A stretch of DNA of 64,000 nt from Octopus sinensis (taxonomy: Eukaryota): assembly GCF_006345805.1 (NCBI RefSeq), contig NC_043011.1:14768464-14832463 (forward strand), in the 5' to 3' direction. The number at the start of each line of letters is the position of its first letter. The stretch's first letter is position 1. This document shows positions 13,748 through 27,319 of the stretch, one piece after another. Position numbers and translations under genes: made by a program. The notes below the pieces were generated by a model. The model did not search any database, had not been told where the DNA came from, and saw only the letters and a list, made by a program, of their open reading frames with translations.

Positions 13748-14654
13748 TAAGTATATACATATATATATCTATATATATATATATATATATACATACATAC
13801 ACATATATATATATGAAACAAAGAGTTTTCTTCCTTTGAAGTTTTGCTGGATAGTATCATATTATTTTCTGAGTTCATAGGAAATGTAATCAGAAACCAA
13901 ACAAAATGCTGAACACTGAGTACAATGAACGCTAAAACAATGGAGAAAACAAGTTCAGGCTCTGTTGACACTTTAAGTGTTTCTTTACTCATCAATTCAG
14001 TGTATTTATATGTAGACGTTATAAAGTAATTCAATATTAAGCCTTAATTCCCTTCATCTTTTATCTTCCCATTTTTCTGAATTGACAGACTATTACAATT
14101 TATTTTGAGATCACCGGTGCTAATAGAATATATTAAACTAGAAGGAATTCACTAGGGAATATAAGCTGCTATATTGAAAAAGGAATAATGACCTAAAGGA
14201 CCATGATACCTTGTATCATGGAGACTGTAATGAGGCTATAAGGGTGAGAATCCATATTTAGAGTGATTAAGAATCAGATGAAACCAAACTGATTATTAAT
14301 CATTGTTTCAAAACAGAATTTAAAGTCCTAAGGTGGAATATGGGCAAGGAGGCAGTCTGTTTCCAATGGTGGCTGTGCAGAGGAATAAAAAAAGTGGAAG
14401 AATTTTGGCAGAAGGTTTGGCTTTGAGCTATGTCAGCGCTGAGTGAGTGGCACTTAGTTTGTAGTACATGTTGAGCATAAAGTACTGATAGACAGCATCG
14501 TGCAAGAAGAAAAGATCTCTGCTTCATGCAAAACGTAATAAAATATAAAATACCCACGCATGTTTAAATACACATTTGAAATACAGTTTGATTCCAAAAT
14601 GAGCAGAATATAATGTGGAGAGCGAAGCTGATAATAATGTTTAACAAGACTTAC

Positions 14655-14787
14655 TTTCAGTTAACCTTACAGGGTGAGTGTGAACTTTATTATCTTCAGT
14701 TTCAACTTCTAGGAAGAAAGTTGTGTTGAAATGGCGTTTCAAAACTTTATCAATTGTCAGTGTAACTCTGTGCACACCGTCTACAAC
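14655..14787 (-). CDS. Ig-superfamily gene exon, second half of Ig3: VVDGVHRVTLTIDKVLKRHFNTTFFLEVETEDNKVHTHPVRLTE
   Basis: ttctattccag acceptor, gtaagt donor, 133 nt, phase 0 to 1, open frame; absent from the ORF track. Confidence 0.88.
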
Positions 14788-15008
14788 CTGGAATAGAATA
14801 AAATGGGTTAGAGAGTGTATGATGTTCTTTGTGTGTTTTGCATGGGTTTAATGAAATTATTATTTATTCATTGACAGCATTTTCATGGAAATAAGTTATT
14901 TTCAGAAATGAAGCTGGCAAAAATCAAAGCAAATTGTACATTTTATTTTAGAATATTTATTTGTTTGTAACTAAAATTTCGAAACAAAATGGAAAACAAA
15001 GTGCATTT

Positions 15009-15423
15009 GGATCTTTTCGGTTTGAATGGCAGTTTTTAACATAATTTCTAGGTAACTAAAAAATTTTAAACTTCGTATACTGGTAGAATGTGTTTATAAA
15101 ACATTTTTTTCTCTTGGCTTTATTGAGAAAATTCTATAGTTTGTAAGATATTTGTTGTTTTTTCTTCAATTTCTGCAATTTCAACCAATCACTGACGTCT
15201 ATTGAGGTAAAAAAACATTCTGTGCCGTATGAATATGTCCCTCGTTTAAGAAACAGATTGGGTTTATTTACATTTCTGAAGAAAAAATATACCCTTCCCC
15301 CACCCCTAACCCTAACCCTAAAACAGATTGAAATGCAATAGATCGATACTAGGGTCATAATTATGGGTGACAATTTCATATGACACCGCAAGAAAAAAAC
15401 TGCCGTTCAAACCCAAAATATCC
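15009..15423. mobile_element. About 415-bp MITE with roughly 28-bp TIRs and an internal (CCCTAA)n telomere-like motif
   Basis: Ends GGATCTTTTCGGTTTGAATGGCAGTTTT and AAAACTGCCGTTCAAACCCAAAATATCC are inverted; cccctaaccctaacccta at about 15303-15320; partial copies at 45235-45350 and 58931-59227. Confidence 0.8.
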
Positions 15424-15955
15424 CATATGTATCTGTTTGTGTGTTAGACGTGTATTTGCAATTGTGTATCTGATAGAACTCAGTGAAGACATTAAAAAAA
15501 GAGTCTTTTATATAAAGGACGATGATAGAGTAATGACTAAGAGGGGAGAGAGAGAGAGATTTATAACTGAAAGGTTTATATTTGAGGGGCAAAACAGCAA
15601 TATGTTTCAAAATAGCTTGCAAACATCATATCCATACACATACCACAAAAGCACATAGTGTAGCATTGTAGCTACAGATGTATGAAATTGTGGAGTTAAT
15701 GCTGAGGCACAGATCAAAGCCAGGTAAAAAAAAAAATTCAAATGAAGCTCTTTAGCCGCAGAGATTCATTACACACACATATGAACATGAACGCGCCTGA
15801 ACATGAATATGTGAGTTTCATATATGTATGTGTGTAATAGATAAATTGATATAAGTATGTATGAAATAAATAATTATATAAAACCCATTATTTATGCCTT
15901 ATATCTGTGTTTGTGTGTGTAAATATATATATTTATGCTTGGCACTAGTCCTCAT

Positions 15956-16150
15956 GATAGATCGTTAGCCACTACACACATTTTTTTCTATCCTTGTTCC
16001 TCTCCTTGTTTTTTCTGTGTCCCTTTCTGCAGAAGAGCGTAGGCTCGAAATGTAAAAGACTTTTTTCTATTCCTAAGCGTTATACTACTACATCTGTTTG
16101 TTTTGTACACCACCTGTCTTTGTCTTTTGTTTTTTTCGTAAACTCTCCCT
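15956..16150 (+). mobile_element. Short (TA)n-abutting repeat with a hammerhead-like motif (Penelope pLTR-like), family H1
   Basis: CTTT-CTGCAGAA-GAGCgtagGCTC-GAAA-TG-TA-AAAG at 16023-16058; homologous copies at 18642-18813 (+) and 63582-63780 (-). Confidence 0.65.
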
Positions 16151-16727
16151 ATATATATATATACACACACAGAAATATATACATACATATATATCATTTT
16201 AAATATAAAAATATTAGATATTTTTATATTAAAAAAATAATCTTGATTATATGGATTTATCAATTGTCTTTTCAATGATGGCAAGCAAAGGTCACTTGGA
16301 ATATTTAAAAGTCTGTACTCAGAACTAAATCTGTTTTGTTTTGAAGAACCCTGCCAAAAGTATGCAGATGGCTTATTTTAAATTGTATAAACTTGTTAAA
16401 CTAGAAAATAAAATGCAATATTCGTATGAATCTCATAGATGCCAGATGCCATTTTACTCTTTCACTTGCGCCTGTACCGGCTTCGATCACTGAAATGCAG
16501 CCATGCAGGTGTGACTGTCATTACAAGGTTTCTGGTTTATTAATCCCACTGTTAAAATTCGTTATCAGCATCAACATTGTCTGTTTTCTATGCTAGCATG
16601 GGTTGGATGGCTTGACAGGAGCTGGCAAACCAGAGGACTGCATTAAGCTCTACTGTCTGTTTTGAAATAATTTATACAGGTGTCTTGCTCCATACATGGT
16701 TACCACAGTTGGGGGGAGAGAGAGGGG

Positions 16728-16774
<47 letters not shown>

Positions 16775-17504
16775 TAATCAAGAATGAGAGAATGTGGGAG
16801 TGGAAGTTATCAATGTGCTGAGGGTTTTCCTTTGACAAAATGGGATTCAGCATACTGGTTGAATATAAAAACAGACATGGATTCTTGGACACACAACACA
16901 TGCAGACACACACACGCACGCACGCACATACACACACACACGCACACACGCACACACACTCACAGAGATAAATTGGAATGCAGCCATTCTGGAGCACTAC
17001 CTCAAAGGGTTTTCTCAAACAAATACATCCCTGTACTTGGGCAAGAGTATTCTGTCATACCTGTGAGGATCACCAAAGACTTCTGAGTGAAATATGGAAG
17101 ACATAATTTGGTGTATGTGTTTGTATGCATGCATGTATGTGTGTATGTATGTATGTATGTATGTATGTATGTATGTATGTATGTATGTATGTATGTATGT
17201 ATCTATCTATCTATGTATCTATCTTTCTATCTATCTATCTATCTATCTATCAATATAATAAAAAGTGAGGGATTATCAATCAGGGTAAAATACTTCATAA
17301 GCTCTCTGTTGGCACACCAACCTTAGATTCACTACTGGAAACAATTGTAAGCCAAATTTGCTCCAATAAAGGAAAAATATGCAATGATCATTATTTTTAA
17401 CTTGTTTCTTATATATCTATCAATGTGTATACACACACACATATATAATATATATATATTATATATATATATATATATACATACATATATATACATATAT
17501 ATAA

Positions 17505-17700
17505 GAGGAGGTGTTAAACATTTCCTGGCTTTGGGCAAAAGAAAATACAGGAGAGTCAGCTAATCAATATTTTATTCAAAACATTCACCTCTCACACACA
17601 TATTGCAGTGGTCCTTCAGTTTTCCTAAGCCATGTAAATGAATTTGAAAGGTTGAGCCTCCAGCCAGGCCTTTTGTGATGCCCTTAAAGCCAGGAGGGGG
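17505..17700. mobile_element. Mariner-like MITE, truncated copy
   Basis: Homologous to the complete MITE at 26442-26650. Confidence 0.6.
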
Positions 17701-18493
17701 AGGGGATATAGGTAACTTTTCTATGTCCCTTTGGTATATATATATATATGTATATATTATGTATGTGTGTGTATATCTATATATATCTAATATCTATCTA
17801 TATATATCATATATATATATATATATATCTATATATATATATAATAATAAATTTCTAAGTGTATGTATATATATACACATACATAGTTATACATACCACA
17901 TCTATATCTCTATATATATATATACTATATCTATATATATAATATATATATATATATAATATATATATATATATATCTATAGATATCTATATACTATCTC
18001 TATATATGTGTGTGTGTGCATGTGTGTATGAGTGTTTCTGTTGATGTAATTAGATCTACATCAATATATCTCTGTCTGTGTGTCTGTCTATCGATCTATC
18101 CATCTATCTACCTACACACATGCAAATTCATCTATATATATACATATAATCATATACACACACATATATATTTTATTCCGGAGCTCTTCTAATGTAAATG
18201 CAAGCCAGTCTCAACATCAAAGAATATCAACATCATCTCCTATTCTATGAGTCATTGATGGAAGTGGAATATCAGCTTTCATGCACACCCTTTCAGACAT
18301 TCCCCCACCGCCTTAACACATTTAACGAAATACATGCATATGTATATGCAGTCAACCTGTTCCTTGCAATAGAATAAGAAACGTATACTCTACTAAAAAT
18401 TATTGAGTAATCTTTCAGGTTAATGTTAATTATTTTTATTTACAACTTGAAATAAAAGCAAGCATTAATGTAACACATACATATATATGTAGT

Positions 18494-18536
<43 letters not shown>

Positions 18537-18641
18537 TCAATACAGGTATGTATGCTTGCATACATACCTATCCATAAATCTATATGGATAGATACATACA
18601 TATATATATATATACAGATAGACATACATATATACACATAT

Positions 18642-18813
18642 AGCCACTACACACTTTTTTCTCTCTCTCCTTATTTCTTTCTGTGTTTCATTCTGTAGAA
18701 GAGCATAGGCTCAAATCATAAAATACTTTTTCTGTTCCTGAGCGTTATACTAATACATCTGTTTGTTTTGTACACCACCAGTCTTCGTCTTTTGTTTTTT
18801 CATAAACTCTCCC
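18642..18813 (+). mobile_element. Family H1 repeat, decayed copy
   Basis: Aligns to 15956-16150; the CTGTAGAAGAGC..GCTC motif is kept but GAAA is damaged. Confidence 0.7.
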
Positions 18814-18905
18814 TATATATATATACATCTGTATGTATGTATGTATGTATGTATGTATGTATGTATGTATGTATGTATGTATGTATGTATGTATGTATGT
18901 ATGTG

Positions 18906-18947
<42 letters not shown>

Positions 18948-19299
18948 ACACATACACAGTGCACAGTAAGTTGAAATGATCGTAGTAAATAAAAAGTCCT
19001 GATTTTTATTTTCTTTCTTTTACACTTTATAATTATACAAATGCATTGTAAGCATGTAGGTATGTATGTAAAGTGCATGTGCATATATTTATATGTGTTT
19101 TTGTTTTTGTGTTTGTCTCTACCACTGCTTGATAACTGGTATTGGTTTATGTCCCTGCAATTTAGCAGTTCAGCAAAAGAGACTGACTGATAGAATAAAT
19201 ATCAGGCTTAAAAAATTAGGTTCTGGGATCCAATTTATTTGATTAAACACTCCGCAGTTCAATGACTGAAACAGGTAAAAGATAAAAGATCTGTGTATA

Positions 19300-19333
<34 letters not shown>

Positions 19334-19351
19334 CATAAACACAAACACACA

Positions 19352-20125
19352 CAGAGAGGATGCAATGAGTAAACTGTTGCTATTTTATATTTTTAATATC
19401 ACCACACATGTGCAGTGTTTGTTTTTGGTTTTGTCAACTACACAGTATAGTAGGGTCAGTTGGGCATCGTCTGTGAGAAAGACAACACCATGATGCAATT
19501 CACTCAGCCAGAAATTTGGAAGCGACATGCTGCACTGCTTGGTATTCGCACTGGAAGCTCCATTGCAGACGTTTCAGAGTGTTTTGGTGTCAATCTGAGG
19601 ACAGTGCAATCTGAGGACATGTACTGAGAGTGATAATAATCAAGCATCCAGTCAGCATCATTGTGTTGCCTCCATTCATCTTCCCACACGGCCTCAGACT
19701 TAGCACGGAGGCCTACATCTAGCGCCTGGAGGAGATAGTGCTGTCCTGGGTCAAGAGGTTCAGTGCTGGAAAAGCAGGAGAACCCAGTCATGTCTTTTAG
19801 ACAACTTCTACGACCGTCGACATCACTCCTAAAATCTGGCCACCAAACTCTTGAAACTGCAACCCCCTTGATTATTATGTGTGGGGCACAGTTGAGTGAC
19901 GGACAAACAAAAAAACTCCTTGTAATACCAATGAACTGAAGACAAGGATTATGACTAGGAGACTGTCCAGAACAGCTGGAGGCTGTGGTAGAAGCCAATG
20001 AAAATTTTATTGAATAAATTTACTCTTTAGTATTTCAAGATATTTTTATGTAATTTTGGTAAATATATCTGTTTAAAATGAGATGTTATTGTCATTTTTT
20101 TTATTTTTGCGTAATTTAGAATGGT
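19352..20125 (+). mobile_element. Internally deleted Tc1/mariner-superfamily (maT/DD37D-like) transposon
   Basis: Inverted ends ggatgcaatgagtaaac / gtttattcattgcaccctgta; WPPNS..CNPLDYYVWG motif at about 19836-19890. Confidence 0.7.
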
Positions 20126-20149
20126 TTATTCATTGCACCCTGTATATAT

Positions 20150-20184
<35 letters not shown>

Positions 20185-20185
<1 letters not shown>

Positions 20186-20478
20186 CACGTGATCACGTGA
20201 CCGACCAGACCATCAGATGTTGTTACACATCGCTGGTCACAATGCGTTCGCATTGTTTTAGCCTTCGAATGACACCACCTCACTGGCTAAGCGAGCAGGC
20301 CAACAGAAGAAAGAGTGGTGAAAGAGTACAGCAGGGATCACCACCCCCTGCCCGAGCCTCGTGGAGCTTTTAGGTGTTTTCACTCAATAAACACACACAA
20401 TGCCTGGTCTGGGAATCGAAACCGCGATCCTGCGACCGCGAGTCCGCTGCCCTAACCACTAGGCCATTGTGCCTCCAC
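20185..20478 (-). mobile_element. tRNA-headed SINE, family A
   Basis: Minus strand: gtggaggcacaatggcctagtggttagggcagcggactcgcggtcgcaggatcgcggtttcgattccc (A and B boxes), flanked by (TA)n. Confidence 0.88.
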
Positions 20479-20543
20479 ATATATATATATATATATATAT
20501 ACACACAAATACCCACCCACACAGGTGTGTATATATTTTTTTA

Positions 20544-20769
20544 GGCAGCGAGCTGGCAGAACCGTTAGCACGCCGGGCGAAATGCGAAGCCGTATTTCGT
20601 CTGCCGTTACGTTCTGAGTTCAAATTCCGCCAGGGTCGACTTTGCCTTTCATCCTTTCGGGGTCGATAAATTAAGTACCAGTTACGCACTGGGGTCGATG
20701 GAATCGACTTAATCGCTTTGTCTGTCCTTGTTTGTCCCCTTTGTGTTTAGCCCCTTGTGGGTAGTAAAG

Positions 20770-20774
<5 letters not shown>
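20544..20774 (+). mobile_element. SINE family B
   Basis: Near-identical to 1368-1594. Confidence 0.9.
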
Positions 20775-20803
<29 letters not shown>

Positions 20804-20911
20804 AGAATCTATGCCACTACTTTTATAAAGTTTTGCCAGTCTTACTAACAATGATATTGCTTTTATTCATTTACATATTTTTTTTTACCAAGGGATGCTA
20901 CATCATCTTAC

Positions 20912-21084
20912 CTCTTCTGATTGAGTATATTCAACAGTTTCATTATTTGGTTCTAACACTGAAACATCTCCATATCTCCAAGCATGCTTTGTGATTGGTG
21001 GATTGGCCTCGACTTCACATTCTAATGTTACATAACGATCATTTAGGATTGCTGATTTGTTTTTACAAGTGAATTGTGGATCAA
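20912..21084 (-). CDS. Ig-superfamily gene exon, first half of Ig3: (F)DPQFTCKNKSAILNDRYVTLECEVEANPPITKHAWRYGDVSVLEPNNETVEYTQSEE
   Basis: cttgcag acceptor, GAG|gtaag donor, 173 nt, phase 1 to 0; VTLECEVEANP..W Ig signature; absent from the ORF track. Confidence 0.9.
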
Positions 21085-23022
21085 CTGCAAGATTCCAAAT
21101 AGAAATTTATACAAAATATATGGAAAGAGAAACAATACATGTAATACAAGTATGCAGCCAGCAGGTTGGTTGCATGGTTGAAATGTTAGAAGAACAAAGA
21201 AGATGCAAAATATAGGTGAAAAACTTAGAAACACTATTGTATATTTTATCTGTTCAAAATGAAAAGTAAAATTCAATGGAGCTATGATATTTTGTAGTTT
21301 AGGAACCACCCTAAAAATATATCCCTAAATTTTCAGCACACTTAAAGCTGTTATCTGCTTTGCACAAAAGGTGTTTCAATTGTGGTTGAGAGAAGCTTAA
21401 AAAAATCTAAAGCTTTTGTTGTAGTTTCGAAAAGACTGTAATAATTCTATTGGGCAGTACACAAATATATGTATTGATGATGTATTTCTATAAAATACAA
21501 CAAAATGTTGCATTATTCAACGTGGTAGTGAAAGTTTCATGAAAACAAACCCCATGCATTGGTAATTGCGACTTAAATGACAGCTCTATAGAAATACTGC
21601 ATAGTGATTTTTCAATTGTTTATATTTTCGAGAATAAAAGTTACAGAAGCTTGGTAGTTGAATGTTTTATTTGCATTCAATGACTTCAATTGCAGTTTTA
21701 TTTTGCCTAAAAGTCTGGCATAAGATTCTGAATAGCATAGATTTTATTTAGTTATTGAAGCCTTTGAAACAAAATTCATAGATGATCAATTGAATATTTA
21801 AAAAAAATACTATATAGGGTCAGGAATATAGCATCTAAAACCTGCATATATTGTATACATTATAGTGTATCTAATAATAATAATAATAATAATTGTATCA
21901 TGGTCTATATTGTGATGTGATTATAGCTAGATCTGGATGGTTTAAGGCTTCAGCCTCATGTGGTGCAGTGATTATGCCAGGAGTTCTTACATGGCAGTTG
22001 AACCCAGAGGGAGTCTGGTCATAGTCCGCCAGCCATGGCTGTCATGGCAAGAGAGAGTTTACGGATAAAGAAATCCTTTTTGCAAAGCAAATCCCAGTCA
22101 CTTCAAAAAAAAAAAAAACTGTGATGCTGCATCAGTTTCACCAGACAAATTGTATTTTGCATCTCCTATCCACTGAGTATACAAAGCCAGCAATGGCATG
22201 GGCACCAAAAGAAGAAACATAGTGGATCGACCACACAAATAAAAACGTGTTGTCTTATGGGTTTTAGACCAAAGTCTAACTTGTGTTGATTGGAGGCTAT
22301 TTGTTCTTGTGCATTTAAAGTAAGTCAGACCAATCAGTAACATACTTTAATAAGCTATAATTCTTGAAAGCATTGAATTCAGCACTACAAACCAACAAAA
22401 TGGTTTTATCATCCATGAACCCTAAGTTATAAGTAAATGGATTGGGTCCTTGAGATTTTCGTGTCTCTGACCCAGTTCACTACTGTTTACATCATATGAA
22501 CAACTGAACATTTAGATGGTATTCAAATATATTCCCATTATGAGATATTTAAAATACGCTCCGGTACAAGATATCAACTAAGAAAGGAACATTTTATGCT
22601 AGCTGCATATCAAATAATGAAACTTTTGCAATTTCTGTGGTTATAATGTTGTTCAATGTTTATTGTCTTGCTCTACTGAGGGTCACACATATGAGGCCAA
22701 ATGTATAAAAGCATTTTATGGGCTAGGAAACTCAAAATATGTATAACATTAAACTCATGTTATAAAATTATAACAATTAAAAATCTCTTCTCTTACTTCA
22801 ATCATGTAAATCATCATTATTGGTGGAGAGCGGACAAAATGCTTTTCGGCAATTTTGGCCATCTTCACATTCTGAGTTCCCGTTCCACTGAGGTCGACTT
22901 TACCTTTCAACCTCTCAAGGTTGATAAAATAAATACCAGTTTATCCCTGGGATCAATGCAATTGACTTACTCCCTCCCCTGAAATTGCTAGCCTTATACC
23001 AAAATCTGAAACCATTATCATA

Positions 23023-23082
<60 letters not shown>

Positions 23083-23461
23083 TTGTGCCACTTTCAAAAT
23101 TGGTGGGAACTAGACCGGTTGTCATAGTTCAAGTTGGTTTCTATTCTGAGTTGTTACTGGTTTCCTAAATGTGTGGCGCATTTGGTGCTTTTGTTTAGTT
23201 TCCACAGTTTGATCTTTTTCTTATCACCAACTAGTTTACCGAGTTTATTGGGTACCTTTTATTGTAGCATCATCATTATAAAGTTTTCCCTGTCTTTGGC
23301 AAGACTAAAGGGTTCTTTCTCCTTCTTCCTATTCCCACTTGTTTGCCAACCATTTTACTGAGTGTGCTAGTGAAGTTAGCTTGTGCTACGTGGGATTAAA
23401 GGGTCTTTATTACTCTCTGAGGCGTTTGTTTGGACAGGACCATGTGACTGATAAGGTGACT

Positions 23462-23516
<55 letters not shown>

Positions 23517-23533
23517 TGGGGAAGAGAGCGTTT

Positions 23534-23574
<41 letters not shown>

Positions 23575-23867
23575 CAGCAGAATAGCGAAGATGGGAAGAT
23601 GATAGGAGTGTTAGAAAATTGGTATAAACATTGAGATGAGAATGTAGTTGAGGCAGGAAGAAGAGAGTTTGGGGTGAGTAATAGAAGTGGATAAAGGGTA
23701 AGAGTGAATGTGGGATACTTATAAGAGTTGGCCGTAAGTAGGGGAGGACAAAGGATATAATGATTGGTAGTGTAGAAAGGCTTATATAGAGAATATGGCA
23801 AACAGGTGCGATACTATTGCTTATGCATAGGACTTACGAAGGATGAGAAAAGTTGAGTATTCAGGGT

Positions 23868-23922
<55 letters not shown>

Positions 23923-23925
<3 letters not shown>

Positions 23926-24155
23926 TTTCTTTACTGCCCACAAGGGGTTAAACATAGAGGGGACAAACAAGGACAGACAAAGGGATTAAGTCGATTATAT
24001 CGACTCCAGTGCGTAGCTGGTACTTAATTTATTGACCCCGAAAGGATGAAAGGCTAAGTCGACCTCGGCGGAATTTGAACTCAGAACGTAACGGCAGACG
24101 AAATACCACAAAGCATTTCGTCTGGCGAGCTAACATTTCTGCCAGTTCCCCGCCT
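23923..24155 (-). mobile_element. SINE family B
   Basis: Reverse complement of the 1368-1594 family. Confidence 0.88.
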
Positions 24156-24289
24156 TAAAAGACACTCTTACTGAGTGGGGAGGGTCAGCCAAGTCCAATC
24201 ACATTCCTAGTTATATTGGGAGTAGAATACAATAAGAAGGAGAAGTCCACTACCATCCTTAATATAGTATAGTAAGAAGAAAGGATAAG

Positions 24290-24332
<43 letters not shown>

Positions 24333-25295
24333 GGAGGGTATCATTGAGACAGGTGAGACTACAGGTGTAGACTTAACAGAATACATAGATATAAAGAGTT
24401 TGCCAGAGAATATATGAATACAGATCACAGGTCGTTCTATTTCCATTAAGTTAAACAAATAATGTGTTTTTGCTTTTATTTCACAAGGCTCAGAGGGGGA
24501 AAGGCAGCACCCATAACATTTTTCAGGCTTCTAAGACTGTTTGGAAGAAAGGACAAAGCTACATTTATATCAGAAACCTTGCTCAAATGCTTACAACAAA
24601 GTTGACCTTGCTAAAGGTACCCAAAGGTCAAGTTGTAGAGTTAAACCTGGTACATGATGGATATAAATTACAACCCCCCAAAAAATCAAGTGGAGAATTA
24701 TATCAATGATAAGTGTTACTAAATTATAAGATATTAGTACTATGACCCGGCAACGCTGGGTCGTAGTGCTAGTGCATACATATACAACTGCATGTGTGCA
24801 CACATACACGCGAGTACTGTCCAAATCTCCAACCAATCACATACAGCTAGCTGGCATTCAATTGGCATATCAAATTTCGGGTATTTTGATTGGGTTTTGG
24901 ATTAAAAATTCACAAAAAAATTCACTTCTATTGATGTTTTAATGGCTTTGCGGGGTGACTGGGGAAATGTAAAGATGTGCACGACCACCCTTGGACGGTT
25001 TTGAATGACCATAGAAAGTGCAAGCCCTCTAACTGAAAAACTGTGGATTTGTATAAAGGACACACACGCAGACATTTTTCCCGTTTATATATATAGAGAT
25101 AACAACAGAATAAAACTATTTTTGATAAGCATTGTAAGGTTTGAAGAAAAAAAATATTTACTTAATTTTAAATCCATCAAATATTGCTTCTCATTTAATT
25201 TAGTTCCAACCAAACAAAAACCAGTTTGCTAACATTATAAGACATGTCACTATCATGAATGTTAATCTGAAGAAAGAAGAGAACTGTAAACTTAC

Positions 25296-25670
25296 AAGCA
25301 AAAGAAATATTGGCAGTAACAGTTTTCACTTTAAAGGCACTTCCCTCCATTTCAGCTGTACAGGACAGACTTCTAACTTTGTTGGATTTCTTGATGAGAA
25401 CTTTACCTTCAGCTACCAGCTCGCTGGAGTGAGATCTTACACCACTTTTGGCACCAGATGTAACTCTAACATAGCTGGATATGTCTGCCGGTTCCCACTC
25501 ATTTTTCATATCCTTACCATCCAAATAAAAATGAATTATTGGTTTGGGGTTGCTGCCTCTTGTTCTACAAACAAATTTCTGACCTGTCTCAGGAATATTT
25601 ACACTCTTTCCTGAATTTTTGGCAGTGATTTCTGTTGTACCAACTGTTAACACAAGCTCACCAATATCCT
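25296..25670 (-). CDS. Ig-superfamily gene exon encoding Ig2 (C2-set-like): (Q)DIGELVLTVG..FVCRTRGSNPKPIIHFYLDG..LSCTAE..ANISFA
   Basis: ctaacag acceptor, T|gtaagt donor, 375 nt, phase 1 to 1; CxxxGSNPxP and LSCxA motifs typical of C2-set Ig domains. Confidence 0.92.
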
Positions 25671-26441
25671 CTGTTAGCAATAATAGTAAGGAAAAATAAC
25701 TGACATTAACAAGAAAGTTTTAATACATTTTCAATGTTTAATACACACACATACACAAACACACATTCACCCATATACACAAATGTATGTATGAATGTAT
25801 CTTTATATATATGTATATATATGTATACATATATATACATATAAAATCGAAGTGATTTTACTACTACAATTAATTTTTTTACTATAATCATTTCTTAAAT
25901 GTAGCCACAAAACATGTCATTATTCTACCAATTATATACGTTTTTATTATTTTTTTGCAATTTACTTAATCATTGGTATTTTATTGTTATTTTAATTTTA
26001 ATATTTCTATTATATGTAATTTTCTAGATGGTGTAATTTAATTGTTCATTTTGAATTGATAAAAGGTGTTTTTTTCTAATTTTTATATATATATCATATC
26101 GTGTGAAATTTGATTTAGTATTTCTAAATTGAATTTTTTTCCCTGTAAGTTAGGATTAATATTCCCTCAAATAATTACTATATGTATATATATATAAGCA
26201 CACACACACAAAACAATCCATAAAGAAAATTTTATGCCACAGTTACTATTAAAGAACTCCATGTAATATCAGTGGAGTGAACTACTTTTGATGAAAGTGA
26301 GACTATCTGTGTTTACAAAATAACCTCATATCACTATGACTCAAATTATGAAAATCTGAATTATGGTGACACAAGGTTACTTGGACAGCATATAATCTTA
26401 CTTTAAACTTGCACACACACACACACACTTGCACACATATA

Positions 26442-26650
26442 TACGAGAAGGTACTGAAAAGTTCCTGGCGTTAGTTAAAAGAAAATATGGGAGGATCAGT
26501 TAATTATGATTTTATTCAACATATTCTTCTCTTGAATCCACACACTTATTGCAGTGGTCCTTCAGTTTTTCAAAGCTTTGTAAAAGAACTCAGCTTGGGC
26601 CTCCAACCAGGCTTCCTCAAAGCCAGAAAATTTTCAGCACCCTCCCATAT
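26442..26650. mobile_element. Mariner-like MITE (about 205 bp)
   Basis: Imperfect TIRs tacgagaaggtactgaaaagttcctggc / gccagaaaattttcagcaccctcccata, TA at both ends; TIR resembles that of the mariner at 1600. Confidence 0.75.
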
Positions 26651-27035
26651 ATAGAGTGTATAAGGAGTATTTGAGGATCTTAATTATCAGTATTTTACTC
26701 TCTTCAAATCAGTTAAGAGGTTTGTATTTTTCCCAAACCCTTCAAGGCAGATGAAATGTAGTATCAAAAGAAATGACAAGATATGCAGTTCTTGTTGTCA
26801 TATATGCAGAACACAATGATTTAGAAACTGCCAACTTTGTAAATATTGCAAAACCAGGAGTATCTGTGTGGTAAGGAGTTCGCTTTCCAAACACATGGTT
26901 CCTGGTTCAGGCCCACCTTAGGCAAGTGTCAAGGATTTAGTTGACCCAAATCTTTGGTAGAACCATAAACCTGGATCAACTAAAGCCTTGTGAGGGAATT
27001 TTGTAATATATGTATATTTTGTAATATATGTATAA

Positions 27036-27076
<41 letters not shown>

Positions 27077-27319
27077 TATCAAAAATTTGTAAATTAAGAC
27101 TCTGTGTGTGTGTATGTGTTATGTTTGTATTTGTCCTCTGCCACTATTTGACACATGGTGTTTGTTTGTTTCTGTGTCCATAATCCATAACTTAGTGGTT
27201 CAGCAAAAAGAGACCTAAAAAAAGGTAAGTACTGGGTCTGATGTGCTCAATTAATCCCGTCAAGGTGGTGCCCCAACATAACTGCAATACGATGGCGGAA
27301 ATAATTAAAAGATTAAAAA

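Noticed and set aside
15300-15322. Telomere or interstitial telomeric site
   Set aside because: Only 2-3 units, internal to a multi-copy MITE.
20400-20478. tRNA gene
   Set aside because: It has A/B boxes but no proper acceptor stem and continues into a multi-copy SINE body.
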